Below, in pieces: positions 20,610-31,351 of a stretch of DNA of 64,000 nucleotides (its first letter is position 1; every line of letters starts with the position of its first letter). The position numbers and the translations under genes were made by a program. Under the pieces are notes generated by a model. That model worked only from the letters and a program-made list of their open reading frames with translations. It made no database searches and was not told where the DNA came from. Origin of the DNA: an uncultured Spirochaetota bacterium (GTDB taxonomy: Bacteria; Spirochaetota; Spirochaetia; SZUA-6; Fen-1364); NCBI GenBank assembly GCA_963734545.1, contig CAVTHO010000003.1, positions 1 to 64,000 of the forward strand. The letters run 5' to 3'.

Positions 20610-22427
20610 GCCGAGGCGTCCCCGGGCGGCCGGCTCTGCGCCGCGGTATCCCGCGGCGCAGACTCCGCGTTTCGGATCGCGTACGAGTATCCCTGCTCGC
20701 AGAGGAAGAGCTGCCGCTTCAGGGCGAACTCCTGCTCCACCGTGTCGCGCGAGACCAGGGAATAGAAGAAGGCCTGGTTCCCCGCTCCTTGGGACGCAGC
20801 ACCCGCCCCAGCCGCTGCGCCTCCTCCTGCCGGGAGCCGAAGGTGCCGGACACCTGGATGGCGAGGCTCGCCTCGGGCAGGTCGACGGCGAAGTTCGCCA
20901 CCTTGGACACCGCGAGGATCCGGATCGCTTCCCGCCTTGAAGTCCGCGTACAGCCCGTCACGGACGCGCTGCGGCGTGGAGCCCGTGATGACCGGCAGGC
21001 CGAGGGGCGCGCGCTATTGCGGCGAGCTGGTCCAGGTACATGCCGATGACCAGCGCCGGCTCACCGGGGTGCGCGTCGAGGATGGCCTTCACCAGGTCGA
21101 TCTTGGCGGGGTTCTCCGATGCCATGCGGAACTTCGTGCGCGCGTCCGCCACGGCGTAGCTCGTCCGCATGTGCGCGGGCAGCGGGCACGCGGATCTCCG
21201 TGCACACCGCCTTCGCGATCCAGCCCTGCTTCTCCATCTCCTTCCACGGGCACGTCGTATTTCTTGGGGCCGATGAGGGCGAAGACGTCGTCCTCCTTGC
21301 CGTCCTCCCGCACCAGGGTGGCGGTGAGGCCGAGCCGCCGCCGCGCCTGCAGGGACGCGGTGATCTGGAAGACGGGAGCCGGGAGGAGGTGGACCTCGTC
21401 ATAGACGATCAGGCCCCAGTCTCTCTCGTCCGAAGAGCGCGAGGTGCGGGATACCGCATGCGTCCTCCCCGGCCCCGGATCCCGTCCGCGTGTCCGGGCC
21501 GCGCAGACGGTCCCCTGTGGGTGAGCATCTGGTAGGTGGACACGGTGACGGGGCGCACCTCCTTCTTCTGCCCCGTGTACTCCCCGATCAGGTCCGGGTC
21601 GATGTCGGTCTTGTCGATCAGCTCCGCGATCCACTGGCGCACCGCGGTGACGCACGTGGTGAGCACGAGCGTGGAGGTCTGCAGGAGGTCCATGCAGAGC
21701 ATGCCCACGATGGTCTTGCCCGCCCCGCAGGGCAGGACGATCACGCCGGATCCGCCCCGCTCGCTCCCACCCGCGTGAAACGCGTCCGCCGCGTCGCGCT
21801 GGTAGGCGCGCGGAGCGAAGGGCCTGTTCCGCGGAGGAAGTCGCGGGCCGCAGGGAGAAGCCGAAAGCCTCGCCGGCCGCGTAGCCCGCCTGGTCGTCCA
21901 CGGGGTAGCCGATGCGGATCAGCGCGAGCTTGAGCCGTCCGCGGGACTGCGGGCGCCACGGCGAAGCTCGTGTCCGAGACCCGCTCCCCGAGCAGGAGCG
22001 CCGCGTGCCTGTCGGCGGCCACGAGCTCCGCCAGGCCCTCGATCCCGGCAGCCGCAGGACGAGCCGCGCGTCTCCTCCCTGTGAAGCGTCAGGCTGCCGA
22101 ACCGGGCCGCGTAGTCCTCGATCTCGAAGGCGATGTGCTCGGGCACGGGGTACCGGGACAGGGAGCGCAGCGATTCGACGATCTCCTCGGCTTTCTCACC
22201 CGCCGCGCACGCGTTCCAGATGGAGAGCGGCGTGATGCGGTACGTGTGCACGTGCTCGGGAGATTTCACGAGCTCCGCGAACCGGGCAAGGGCATCGCGG
22301 GCCTCCGCGTAGCGCGGGCTTGCCACCTCGGCAAGGATCGTGCGGTCACCCTGGACGATGAGGGGGCCGGCTCGCGGCCGCCCTGTTCGGTGGTATCTGC
22401 GCGGCCGCTGTATTCGGTGGCTCCCAT
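20606..22427 (-). CDS. XPB/Ssl2/Rad25-like DNA helicase; multiple apparent frameshifts
   Basis: IVQGDRTILAEV, KSPEHVHTYRITPLSIWNA, VLPCGAGKT, DEVH, GLTAT, VSKVANFAVDLPEA, QRLGRVLRPK. Confidence 0.93.
20635..20662 (+). repeat. Palindromic element copy within the last codons of XPB
   Basis: TCTGCGCCGCGG-TATC-CCGCGGCGCAGA, perfect 12-bp stem. Confidence 0.7.
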
Positions 22428-22619
22428 GGGTGGATCAGCAGTATTGTTTGTCATGATGAAAGGCTCGAAAAGGATAGTGAGTGCCGGAATAAGGGTCAAG
22501 GGATCAGGAATGTGTTTACGTTTGAATGAATCGAAAACGAAAGCCAATATTATCTATTGACAACAAACGATAGAATAATGTAAGAAATAGCAGTCAAAAG
22601 TAGAAAACGGAGGAAAGAA

Positions 22620-23582
22620 TTGAGCGAGCTGCATCTGAAGCCTGCAACCAGGCCCACCATGTACTTCATCGGGGTTTCCACCACCAGGTCGATGATCATG
22701 CGCGTGTTTCCCGCGTGGGCGCGTCACCTGGAGCTCGGAGACTGCCAGCTCAAGGGAATAGACCTGAAGCAGCACGACCTTGTCGAACGCTACAGGCAGG
22801 TCGTCGGGTTCATCAAGTCAGACCCCTTGTCCCTGGGCGCGCTGGTGACAACGCACAAGATCGACCTGCTGCGCGCCGGCAGGGACCTGTTCGACGAGCT
22901 GGACGACTTCGGCGCGGAGATGGGCGAGGTGAGCTCGATCTCGAAAAAAGACGGCCGGCTCTGCGGCGGGGCCAAGGACCCGATCTCGAGCGCGCTCGCC
23001 CTGGAGGCCTTTCTCCCGTCCCAGCACTGGGAAACCAGCGGCGCCCAGGCTTTCCTCATGGGGGCGGGAGGCTCGAGTGTCGCCCTGTGCTCGTACCTGG
23101 CCCGGCCGGAGCACGAGGAAAACCGGCCTTCGAAGATCTTCGTCTCCAATCGAAGCCCGGCGCGCCTGAAGGAGATGGAGGAAATTCATCGTCGGCAGTC
23201 GATGGACGTTCCCATCGCCTACGTTCTCACTCCCCGTCCCGGGGACAATGACGCGGTGATGCGCGGGCTCGCTCCCGGCTCCCTGGTGGTCAACGCAACC
23301 GGCCTGGGCAAGGACGCACCGGGCTCGCCGATCACGGATGACGCGCCATTCCCCGCGCAGGGCATGGCATGGGACTTCAACTATCGGGGAGACCTCGTTT
23401 TTCTCCGGCAGGCGCGAAGCCAGGCAGAGTCCCGCACCCTGCGCGTGGAGGACGGCTGGCTGTACTTCATCTACGGGTGGCTCCTGGTCATCGGGGAGGT
23501 ATTCCACCGCGACATTCCCTTCATGGGGCCGGCCTTCGATGAGCTCTGCCGGATCGCAGAGAAGGAAAAGGGCCGGGATTGA
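22620..23582 (+). CDS. Divergent shikimate-dehydrogenase-like protein
   Basis: GALVTTHKID, GAGG, SNRS, VVNATGLG, WDFNY, EDGW; TTG start with GGAGG RBS. Confidence 0.8.
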   Translation: MSELHLKPATRPTMYFIGVSTTRSMIMRVFPAWARHLELGDCQLKGIDLKQHDLVERYRQVVGFIKSDPLSLGALVTTHKIDLLRAGRDLFDELDDFGAEMGEVSSISKKDGRLCGGAKDPISSALALEAFLPSQHWETSGAQAFLMGAGGSSVALCSYLARPEHEENRPSKIFVSNRSPARLKEMEEIHRRQSMDVPIAYVLTPRPGDNDAVMRGLAPGSLVVNATGLGKDAPGSPITDDAPFPAQGMAWDFNYRGDLVFLRQARSQAESRTLRVEDGWLYFIYGWLLVIGEVFHRDIPFMGPAFDELCRIAEKEKGRD

Positions 23583-23644
23583 AACGCGCGCAGGACCGCG
23601 CGCGGGCGCTTGCGCGAGAGGGGCTGATTCGATCAAATAGGGCG

Positions 23645-24305
23645 ATGCAAATCGGCGCCCTCATCCTCGACATGGACGGCGTTCTCGCCGACACGGAACC
23701 CCTGCACGTCAGCGCGTGGGATCTCGCTCTCCAGGGAATTCCGAGCGCCGAAACGGGCGCCGCGCCCACGGCCGCGGCTCTCCGCGCGGAGCGGGTGAGA
23801 ATGACGGGCATGTCCACCCCGGAGATCGCGGAAGAAATGGTGCGCGTGTTCCGGCTGGCGGTCACGACGGAAGAGCTCCTGGACAGAAAGAGACGGATCT
23901 TCCGCACGATGGTGAACGGCGAGCTGACGGCATTCCCCGGTCTTCGCGAGGAGCTGGCCCGGTGGAAGGAGTGCCCGCTCGCGCTGGCCACTTCCAGCGC
24001 CCGTTTCGAGGCCGCGCTGATACTGGATCACCTTGGGTTTCGCGGCTTCTTTGATCCGGTGATCACCTGCGACGACGTGCCGAAGGCGAAACCCGCGCCG
24101 GATTGCTACCTGCTCGCCGCCGACAGGCTGGGCAAACGCCCCGAGGAGTGCGTGGTAATAGAGGATTCCGCGCACGGCATCACGGCCGCCCGTGATGCCG
24201 GGCATGCGGGTGCTTGCCGTGTCTCCGAAGGCGCCCGGCTCGATAGAAGGGGTGCTGGGGGTCTTCCCGTCGACGGTGGGGGCGCTGAAATGGCTCAGGA
24301 GCTGA
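23645..24305 (+). CDS. HAD-family phosphatase (beta-PGM-like); one extra base near 24200
   Basis: DMDGVLADT, ATSS, KPAPD, IEDS..G; corrected frame ends GMRVLAV...LKWLRS-TGA. Confidence 0.88.
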
Positions 24306-24814
24306 TCCGGATCAGACCGGCGCGCACGGCGGACCTGCCGCGAATCCTTTCGATCTACAATCACGAGGTCCTCTTCTCCACGGCTACCTACGACACGCAG
24401 CAGAGGACCGGCGAGGAGCATGAGCAGTGGTTCGCCCGCCATGACGCCGCGCATCCGGTGCTGGTCGCGGCCGCGGCCGCGCGGAATTCGGCGGAGTCTG
24501 AGCAGGCAGTGTGCGGATGGGCGTCCCTCAGCCGCTGGTCCGACCGGCCCGCGTATGATCAGTCCGTGGAGGTGTCGGTCTACGTGGCCGAGGAGCACAG
24601 GGGGAAGGGCATCGGGAGGCAGCTCCTGCAGGCTCTTGTGGAGGCAGGGCGCGCGCAGGGCCACCACGCGCTCCTTGGCCGCATTTCTTCCGACAATGCG
24701 GTGAGCATACGACTGCACGAATCCCTCGGCTTCTCCGTCGTCGGTGTCTTGAAGGAAGTCGGGTTCAAGTTCGGCCGCTGGCTCGACGTTTCCATCATGG
24801 AGCTCCTGCTGTAA
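24290..24814 (+). CDS. GNAT N-acetyltransferase (YncA/phosphinothricin acetyltransferase family)
   Basis: IYNHEV, EVSVYV, RGKGIG, SIRLHESLGF, VGFKFGRWLD. Confidence 0.92.
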   Translation: MAQELIRIRPARTADLPRILSIYNHEVLFSTATYDTQQRTGEEHEQWFARHDAAHPVLVAAAAARNSAESEQAVCGWASLSRWSDRPAYDQSVEVSVYVAEEHRGKGIGRQLLQALVEAGRAQGHHALLGRISSDNAVSIRLHESLGFSVVGVLKEVGFKFGRWLDVSIMELLL

Positions 24815-25885
24815 TCCGGGCAAAAGGATCGAACTCGTATTCCCCGGCAAGACCCTCTTCCGCCGGGCGTCCGCTCCGTGCAACCGTGATGCCGAACTGC
24901 CGGCAGATGGCGCCGTGCGTGAGCTCGGCAAGCGTTTCCTCTTCTGCCCCTGTTTCACGCAGCATCCGTACGAACCGGGGATAGAACGGCAGGCCCGGAA
25001 CACCGGACGCGAATCCCTCCGTCTTGTCCCTGCGCGTGTGCGGCGCGTGATCCGTCTCGATCCAGTCGATCCCGCCGTCCAGCAGCCGGCTGCAGCATGA
25101 GCGCCGGCAGGGGCTTCGGCCGCAGGGGAGGATTGACCTTCAGCAGGAGCCCGTCCTCGTCTTCCATCATTGCCGCATCCAGAAGGGCATGATGCGGGGT
25201 GAGGCCGCAGGTGACGCGCAGCCCCGGCGCGGCCGCGTCCGGCCCGGCTCCCGGCGGCGCGCCCGCGGCGTGCGCGTTTCGCAGGAGGTCGACCGCCCAC
25301 GGCGTGGAGATGTGGCAGACATGGAGCGTGCCGCGGAAGGACGCCGCCGCGGCCAGCCTCATCTGGTCGTCCACCGAGGCCACCTCCGCGGCAGGGGGCC
25401 GCGCACGCGCATGGCTCGCGGGCCGGGCAGGGTCCCAGACCTCCGCCCGCATGAGCGTCTCCTTCTCGCAGTGCACGGCGAGCACGCCCGTGTATCCCAG
25501 CGCGGCGAGTGTCCGGTAGACAACAGCCTGCGCTTCCATGCCGTTGATGCCCATGTTGCCCGTGGATTGCCCGGCGAACATCTTCAGGCCGACAACGCGG
25601 GGGAAGAGCTCCTCCCAGGCACGCACCGCTTCCTCGATCTGCCGGGGGACCGGTGTGACGCCGGCATACAGCCCGTGGAAAATGCTGATCCCCAGGCTCG
25701 TTCACGGCGGCGTCCGCGTCGTCGATGCGGCGCAGGATCGCCTCGCGGGAGGTGAGCGGGGGGTCGGTGTTGGGCATCTCGAAAACGCCGTCCAGCCCGG
25801 CGCGGTAGGCAACCCCCAGGCCGTGCCGCAGGGTTTCCTTGGCTGCCTGTTTCCAGTCCCGGAGGTGGACGTGCGGGTCGATCAT
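24795..25885 (-). CDS. pyrC: Dihydroorotase; frameshifted
   Basis: IDPHVHLRD, EMPNTDPP, HCE, HVCHIST, TPHH, KVNPPLR, TDHAPH; directly downstream of pyrBI. Confidence 0.9.
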
Positions 25886-25888
25886 CCG

Positions 25889-27407
25889 TCAGTCCGGATA
25901 CACGACCGGCTCGATCCGCCGGGGAAGCGAAGCAAGGTACAGCGTCCTTTTCCTCCGCGGTCACCTTGCGGCTGCCGATCGTGTACGGCCGCCGGCAGTA
26001 GCGGCAGCGGATGGTCCCCTCGTCGTTGTAGAACCGCGGGCGGCACGTCCTCGTTGAGCGTCCGGGTGATGCAGTTGTGGTTGGCGCACAGGAGGTAGAC
26101 GAACTTCTCCGCCATCCTGCCGTCCTTGACGTAGTCGATCGTCGGCTCCGGGGAGAGGAGGGCGACCCGCTTCAGGTCCCGCTCCGGGAGCTCCCGCATG
26201 TTGGTCTTGATGAAAGGGTTCGGCTTCTCCGCGATGACGGCCGTGGTGCAGGAGAAGCCGCGATTCTCCAGGTCCAGCGCATCGCTCACGGCACGCAGCG
26301 TGCCCGGCTGAAGATGATCGATGACGGTGCCGTCGTGGATCTTGTCGATGAACATTCCGCTCTGCTTCACGCCGTGGATGCGGCGCGCGAGACGGTTGTT
26401 GCCGGTGCCCAGCTCAACGGGCAGACGCGCGTCGTAGCGGCGGTAGCCGTCGTGGCCCAGCATCTCGTGCAGGAGCGCCTTGCGCAGGAAGATGCCGAAC
26501 TCCGCCTGGGCAAAGAAGGCCTGCGCCGGGGTGAAGTAGACCCGGTAGTCGATCTCCGCGATCTCGCTGTTCACCGGCAGCGGGTGGAGCACGCGCACGT
26601 CGAATCCCTCGATCTTTTCGAGGTCGATCCGGTACTGCTTCATCATGGCCACGATGTCCTTCTGCGTGACCCCCGGCATGCGCTCGAGCTGGGGCCGGGT
26701 CATGTAGTAGAAGTCCACCTGGCGCATCACGTCGCGCACCGTGCGCGTCGCGCTCCACCCGCACGCCCCGGGCGGCGAGCAGCTCCGCGAGGTCCGCCGG
26801 CATGCCGAGGAAGTCCTCCGCGGCCCAGCGGATGGTGACGCTTGTCGAAGTGGGAGAGGGCGAGGCTGAGGGACCGCACGGTGCGGCCGTGGGAGAGGTC
26901 GCCGCCGAATCCCACGCGCAGGCCGTCGAGCTTCCCCTCCTTCAGGGCGTAGAGGGTGAGCACGTCCAGGAGGGCCTGGGTCGGGTGCTCGTTCCTGCCG
27001 TCCCCGCCGTTGATGACCGGGATGTTGGCGACATCCGCCGCCCACTGCAGGGAGCCGTCCAGCGGATGGCGCATGACGATCACGTCGTTGTGGTTGGCGC
27101 ACATCATGGTGACCGTGTCGCGCACCGTCTCGTTCTTCATCACCGACGTGCCCTCGGTGCCCGAGAACCCGTCGTAGCGGCCGCCCAGCTCGCGCATGCC
27201 CGTGTTGAAGCTGGTGCGCGTGCGGGTGCTGGGCTCGTAGAACATGTAGGAGAGCGTGCGGTGCTTCAGCGCGTCCCGCAGGCTGTTGCGTTTCCCCGAC
27301 TTCTCGAGCTCGTCCATCCTGCTGCCCGCGGCGCACAGGTGAAGGATCTCCTCCCGGGAGAAGTCGGTGATGGAGATGATGTCCCTGTCCTGGAATCCTG
27401 TGCTCAT
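25889..27407 (-). CDS. pyrBI: Fused aspartate carbamoyltransferase catalytic and regulatory chains; frameshifted
   Basis: FYEPSTRTRTSF, HPTQ, GRTVRSL, HPLP, then in one frame IHDGTVIDH and the Zn ligands CANHNC and CRYC. Confidence 0.92.
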
Positions 27408-27425
27408 GAGCTCCGCTCCTTTCCA

Positions 27426-28178
27426 TTATGCATAGTCGGGGAAAGCATGATCCGGGAATGCCGCGCTGAACTCCGCGGGCAGAGGGGATCTTACCACGAG
27501 CGGCGCGCCTGATCTGGGGTGCGCCATCTCCAGGCGCGCCGCGTGCAGGTACATGCGCTGCGGCAGCTCATCCGGCACAGGGGCACCGTACAGCGGGTCT
27601 CCCAGGATGGGGTAGCCGAGAAAGGAGAGGTGGGCCCGCACCTGGTGACGGAAGCCGCGCACGATCCGCGCGGAAAGAAGCACGCGTCCTCCCGCGCGAA
27701 AGACGACGGCCGCTTCCGTTTCATAGATCTCCCGGGTTGCCTGCCGGGCAAACCCTCTTTTCCCATCCCCGGGAAGCACGACGCGCACCATCCTCCGGCC
27801 CGGGCCGAACGGGGCGAACCTGCTCTCGATGTGGAGGGAAACGCCGGCAGGGCCTTCCTCGCTGCGGCCCACGCACACGGCAACGTAAACCTTCCTCGCG
27901 CCGCCGGTCACGAACGCGCGTCGGAGCAGCGCAAAAGCCTCGGCCGAGCGCGCCACCACCACCAGGCCCGAAGTCTCCCGGTCGAGCCGGTGCACGAGCC
28001 CCGGCTCCACCGCCTTCACCCCGGGAAGCGCGGCGACCTCGGGGAACCGGGCAATCACGTCGTCCAGGAGCGTTTCAGTCTCTCCTCGTCGCAAGGGCGC
28101 CGTGTGGAGCCCTGCCGGCTTGTCGAGCACGAGCAGGTCGCGGTCCTGGAACAGAACGACGAGGGCGCGCGTCGTCAC
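27426..28178 (-). CDS. RluA-family RNA pseudouridine synthase
   Basis: DKPAG, HRLDRETSG, HQVRAH, PILGD..YG, LHA. Confidence 0.93.
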   Translation of the reverse strand: MTTRALVVLFQDRDLLVLDKPAGLHTAPLRRGETETLLDDVIARFPEVAALPGVKAVEPGLVHRLDRETSGLVVVARSAEAFALLRRAFVTGGARKVYVAVCVGRSEEGPAGVSLHIESRFAPFGPGRRMVRVVLPGDGKRGFARQATREIYETEAAVVFRAGGRVLLSARIVRGFRHQVRAHLSFLGYPILGDPLYGAPVPDELPQRMYLHAARLEMAHPRSGAPLVVRSPLPAEFSAAFPDHAFPDYA

Positions 28179-28193
28179 CGGACGTGCCCCCCT

Positions 28194-29396
28194 CTACTTG
28201 AACGAGGCGAGCAGCTTTCCCACAGTCTGCAGGTCCTCTTCGATGGACTGGTTCACCTGCGCCACGGTCGGGGGTCTCGTCTTCACTCCGGGAAAGTCCC
28301 GGGCTGCCCGGTCCGCGTCCTCTGGCCTGACGAAGTCCTTGATGGGTGTGACGGTCGTGTATTCCGCGATGGGTCCCTGGATGATGTACCCGTCGAACAG
28401 GTCGGCGAGCGTCATGCCCGTGGCGCCCTCCGGATAGAAGCCGGTCTTGATGGGAAGCGCGCCCAGGGGCGTGCCCGCAGTGTCCCAGCCCGCGTTCCGC
28501 TTTTCGGCCGGAAGCGCGGCGATCAGGGAATCGATGACTCCCTCGGCAGGATACGCCAGACCGTTTCTCTTGTCCGGCCACGGTGCATGCAGGGAAATAC
28601 AGAAAGCCCGGGCCCCGATCTTCTCATGAATGATGTTCCCCGCGAGCCGGGTTTCGGGCAGCTTCATCTCGGCGATATTTTTCTCGTACTCCTTGCTGTG
28701 GTAACGGGTGAAGATGTGCGGCGTGCCGCAGTACACAAGGGCTTTTTCGCCCTTCCGGATGAACTCCCTGTCGATCACTTCCGCCATGTGAGCGTCCGGG
28801 ACGCCGCCCGCATTGACCTTTGCGAGGACCTGGGGATCGCCCAGGTCCTTGCTGTTCTTCAGGAACTCCCAGTACTGCCGCACGTTCAAGGCCACCACCC
28901 GGAATCGTCTGGCTCCCGCGGGCAGGCCATGGTTGAGCTGCCAGGCCGCCTTGTACAGGTCGATGTATTCCTGGTAGCCCCAGGTCACCAGCCAGTCGAA
29001 GGTGATGGCGCGCGCCTTTTCTTCGTCCCATGCGGGACCCGTTACGAGGGCGTCGATGTCCTTCTGATCGTCGGAGAGAGCGTATTCGATCCCGAGATTG
29101 CGCACACCCGCGGCGTAGAGGCGCGGGACAAGGCTCTGCACGAGCTGCACATTCTGTCTGATCTTGAAAAACTCTCCCAGGAATACCAGGTCGTGAGAAG
29201 CGAAAGTGGACACGACGTAGTCTTCCGGTGAGCGCCAATGCGCTTCCGCGTACGAGAGAAGGGGGGCGACAATGGTCGTGTCAGCCGCGGGGCGCGATAC
29301 TTTTCCCGCGTTTCCGCGAAAGTATTGCAGCGGATTGATGAACAGGACGAGCCCCGCGACGGCCGCCACCACGATCAACACCGTGTTGCGTTTCAT
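28194..29396 (-). CDS. Membrane-anchored/secreted protein, possibly EreA/ChaN-like fold
   Basis: N-terminal TM (MKRNTVLIVVAAVAGLVLF); DLVFLGE, LGIE, KALVYCG..H, FDGYI. Confidence 0.6.
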   Translation of the reverse strand: MKRNTVLIVVAAVAGLVLFINPLQYFRGNAGKVSRPAADTTIVAPLLSYAEAHWRSPEDYVVSTFASHDLVFLGEFFKIRQNVQLVQSLVPRLYAAGVRNLGIEYALSDDQKDIDALVTGPAWDEEKARAITFDWLVTWGYQEYIDLYKAAWQLNHGLPAGARRFRVVALNVRQYWEFLKNSKDLGDPQVLAKVNAGGVPDAHMAEVIDREFIRKGEKALVYCGTPHIFTRYHSKEYEKNIAEMKLPETRLAGNIIHEKIGARAFCISLHAPWPDKRNGLAYPAEGVIDSLIAALPAEKRNAGWDTAGTPLGALPIKTGFYPEGATGMTLADLFDGYIIQGPIAEYTTVTPIKDFVRPEDADRAARDFPGVKTRPPTVAQVNQSIEEDLQTVGKLLASFK

Positions 29397-29431
29397 CGGC
29401 GCCAAATCCGCGGGATACCGCGGCGCCTCTG
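29394..29431 (-). repeat. Palindromic element copy abutting a start codon
   Basis: Minus strand: CAGAGGCG-CCGCGG-TATC-CCGCGG-ATTTGGCGCCG-ATG. Confidence 0.75.
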
Positions 29432-29448
29432 ACGGGCAGGGCCCACCG

Positions 29449-30459
29449 TCATGCCTTGATGGATTCGGTGAACTCCTTGGGGCTGAGGAGCATCTTGGCG
29501 TACTGCGCCCGGGTGTATGCCCAGGGGTCCTTCGCGTTCTTCGCCGAGAGCTTTCCGCGGAATGCATCTATGGATCCGTAGGACTTCCCGTCCATCCAGA
29601 GGCTGAGCTCGTCCAGCATCGCGCGGATGGATTTCACGCCGTTGCGGTACAACGCGGTGACGACCTGCACGGTCGATGCGCCCGCCAGGATCATTTTCGC
29701 CACGTCTTTGCCGCTCATGATACCGGTGCTGGCGCACACGTCCGCCTTGATCTGGCCATGGAGAAGACCGGCAAAGCGCTGCGGCAGCCTGTTGTCCGCC
29801 TGGATGCTGAAATTGAACGGCTGCATGATCGTCTCGGTATCAGGATTGATATCGGGCTGGAAGAACCGGTTGAACAGCACGAACCCGTTCACTCCCTCCT
29901 TGTCCAGCGCGCCTATCATGTGAAGAGGATTGGAATAGAACACGCTGAGCTTCACCGCGAGGGGGATGGACAGGCGCCGCTTGACCTCGCGGACCGCCTC
30001 GAGCTGTTCCTCTTCCACCGTGGTGCCCCGCACGCCGAACTCCCGGGGAGTGGCGAAGAAGTTCAGCTCCAGCCCGTCGACCCCCTGGTCGGCGAGTTGT
30101 CCCGCATATTCGGCCCAGGTGTTACGGCTGACGGCGTTCAGGCTCGCGAAAACCGGTATCTTCACCGCATCGCGGGATTTCTTCACCCACATGAGGTGTT
30201 CCTTCGACCCCGCATGCTGCAGCTTGGGAAAGATCGTGCCCATCTCCGCGTACAGCTCGCTTCCGGTCTGCAGGTCCTCCTCCAGCTTGAAGCGCTCCAG
30301 CTGGATCTGCTCCTCGAAAAGGCTCTTCAGGACCACGGCGCCCGCTCCGGCTTCCTCGATCCGCTTGATACTGTCCACGTTTGCCGTGAGGTCGCTCGCT
30401 CCCGCAATGATCGGGTTGGCGATGGCGATTCCCATGTAGCGCGTCTGCAGGCTGCCCAT
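29449..30459 (-). CDS. Dihydroorotate dehydrogenase-like flavoprotein
   Basis: LQTRYMG...NPII, GAVVLKSLFEEQ, LELN, VKLS, LFNRFFQPD, LAGA..VQV. Confidence 0.9.
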   Translation of the reverse strand: MGSLQTRYMGIAIANPIIAGASDLTANVDSIKRIEEAGAGAVVLKSLFEEQIQLERFKLEEDLQTGSELYAEMGTIFPKLQHAGSKEHLMWVKKSRDAVKIPVFASLNAVSRNTWAEYAGQLADQGVDGLELNFFATPREFGVRGTTVEEEQLEAVREVKRRLSIPLAVKLSVFYSNPLHMIGALDKEGVNGFVLFNRFFQPDINPDTETIMQPFNFSIQADNRLPQRFAGLLHGQIKADVCASTGIMSGKDVAKMILAGASTVQVVTALYRNGVKSIRAMLDELSLWMDGKSYGSIDAFRGKLSAKNAKDPWAYTRAQYAKMLLSPKEFTESIKA

Positions 30460-30484
30460 GCGTGCCCTCCTTGGTCTTTTTTCT

Positions 30485-30513
30485 ACAATAGGGGAGGGGG
30501 ACGGAAAAGTCAA
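30485..30513 (-). promoter_or_regulatory. sigma70-type promoter
   Basis: Minus strand TTGACT-17 nt-TATTGT, then AAGGAGG RBS. Confidence 0.65.
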
Positions 30514-30515
30514 CG

Positions 30516-30535
30516 CGCCACGGTACTCCGTGGCG
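30516..30535 (+). repeat. Palindromic element copy (intergenic)
   Basis: CGCCACGG-TACT-CCGTGGCG, 8-bp stem. Confidence 0.75.
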
Positions 30536-30595
30536 ATCGCTAGCGGCCACGTTACTTCCGCGTCCCGGCGGCATTCGCGGCCGGGGTCGCGGAGA

Positions 30596-31270
30596 CTACC
30601 GGCTCGGCTCCTGAGGCGGCTTCGGCGCCGCCGGTACGGTCTTCGGCATGGTGCCGAACACATGATCCCAGAAAGGCATGCTCACGCCGAAGCGCATGTT
30701 GGGGCAGGTCCCGTGGTGCTGCATGTGCTGGTAGCGGCACGCCACGACATATGGATTCTTCGTCCTGCTGTGGTGGAGCGTGTAGTGCATCATGTCGTAG
30801 ATGATGTAGCCGGAGACAAAGCCTGCGAAGAGAGGGGAGAACCAGGCCGGCCGGCCGATGAGCACATCGAGGACAAGATGAAACAGGCCGAAGAAGGCGA
30901 TTGCCAGCGGGATGCTCATCACCGGCGGCATGACCAGCCGGGTCCGACACAGGGGCTGCGCGTGATGCACGCCGTGCACGCTGAAGAACACCCTCTTCAG
31001 CCTCTCGGTCTTCGGGTGGAAGTGAAACAGGAACCTGTGCAGGACATACTCGACGAATGTCCACAGGAACCAGCCGGCAAGCAGGCCGATGAGGATCCGC
31101 GCCGCTGCCGTGGCCTCGCTGGCAAACCAGATCGAGCGCACGAGGAAGAACAGCGCAACGGGCACCCACAGGACCAGCACCGTCACGGGCCGCACATGGG
31201 AAAAGAACTCGAGGAAATCCGATTTGAACAATCGGATAGGCTCAGTCTGTCGCTTCTCTGTTCCCGGCAC
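30596..31270 (-). CDS. Fatty acid hydroxylase/sterol desaturase family (FA2H-like)
   Basis: EYVLHRFLFH, HGVHH, YDMMHYTLHH and HMQHH histidine boxes; FGVS..WDHVFGT. Confidence 0.92.
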   Translation of the reverse strand: MPGTEKRQTEPIRLFKSDFLEFFSHVRPVTVLVLWVPVALFFLVRSIWFASEATAAARILIGLLAGWFLWTFVEYVLHRFLFHFHPKTERLKRVFFSVHGVHHAQPLCRTRLVMPPVMSIPLAIAFFGLFHLVLDVLIGRPAWFSPLFAGFVSGYIIYDMMHYTLHHSRTKNPYVVACRYQHMQHHGTCPNMRFGVSMPFWDHVFGTMPKTVPAAPKPPQEPSR

Positions 31271-31351
31271 TGTACATCGCCTCCCGAGGTACAATATCGT
31301 CAAACCACGGGCGGCGAGCAAGCTTTTCCGGGCGTCCTCCTGCTCCTCTCC

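Noticed and set aside
21445-21458. TGCGG-GATA-CCGCA hairpin inside XPB as another element copy
   Set aside because: Short, coincides with a plausible conserved YPH coding segment and an indel; may be chance.
22430-22619. AT-rich intergenic region as an ncRNA or riboswitch
   Set aside because: No recognisable aptamer or stable structure; adequately explained as a divergent promoter region (TTGACA at 22557).
23579-24814. Apparent HAD-GNAT fusion (411-aa ORF)
   Set aside because: Removing one G near 24200 restores a typical HAD ending (AGMRVLAV...) with a stop at 24305, and the GNAT has its own ATG at 24290.
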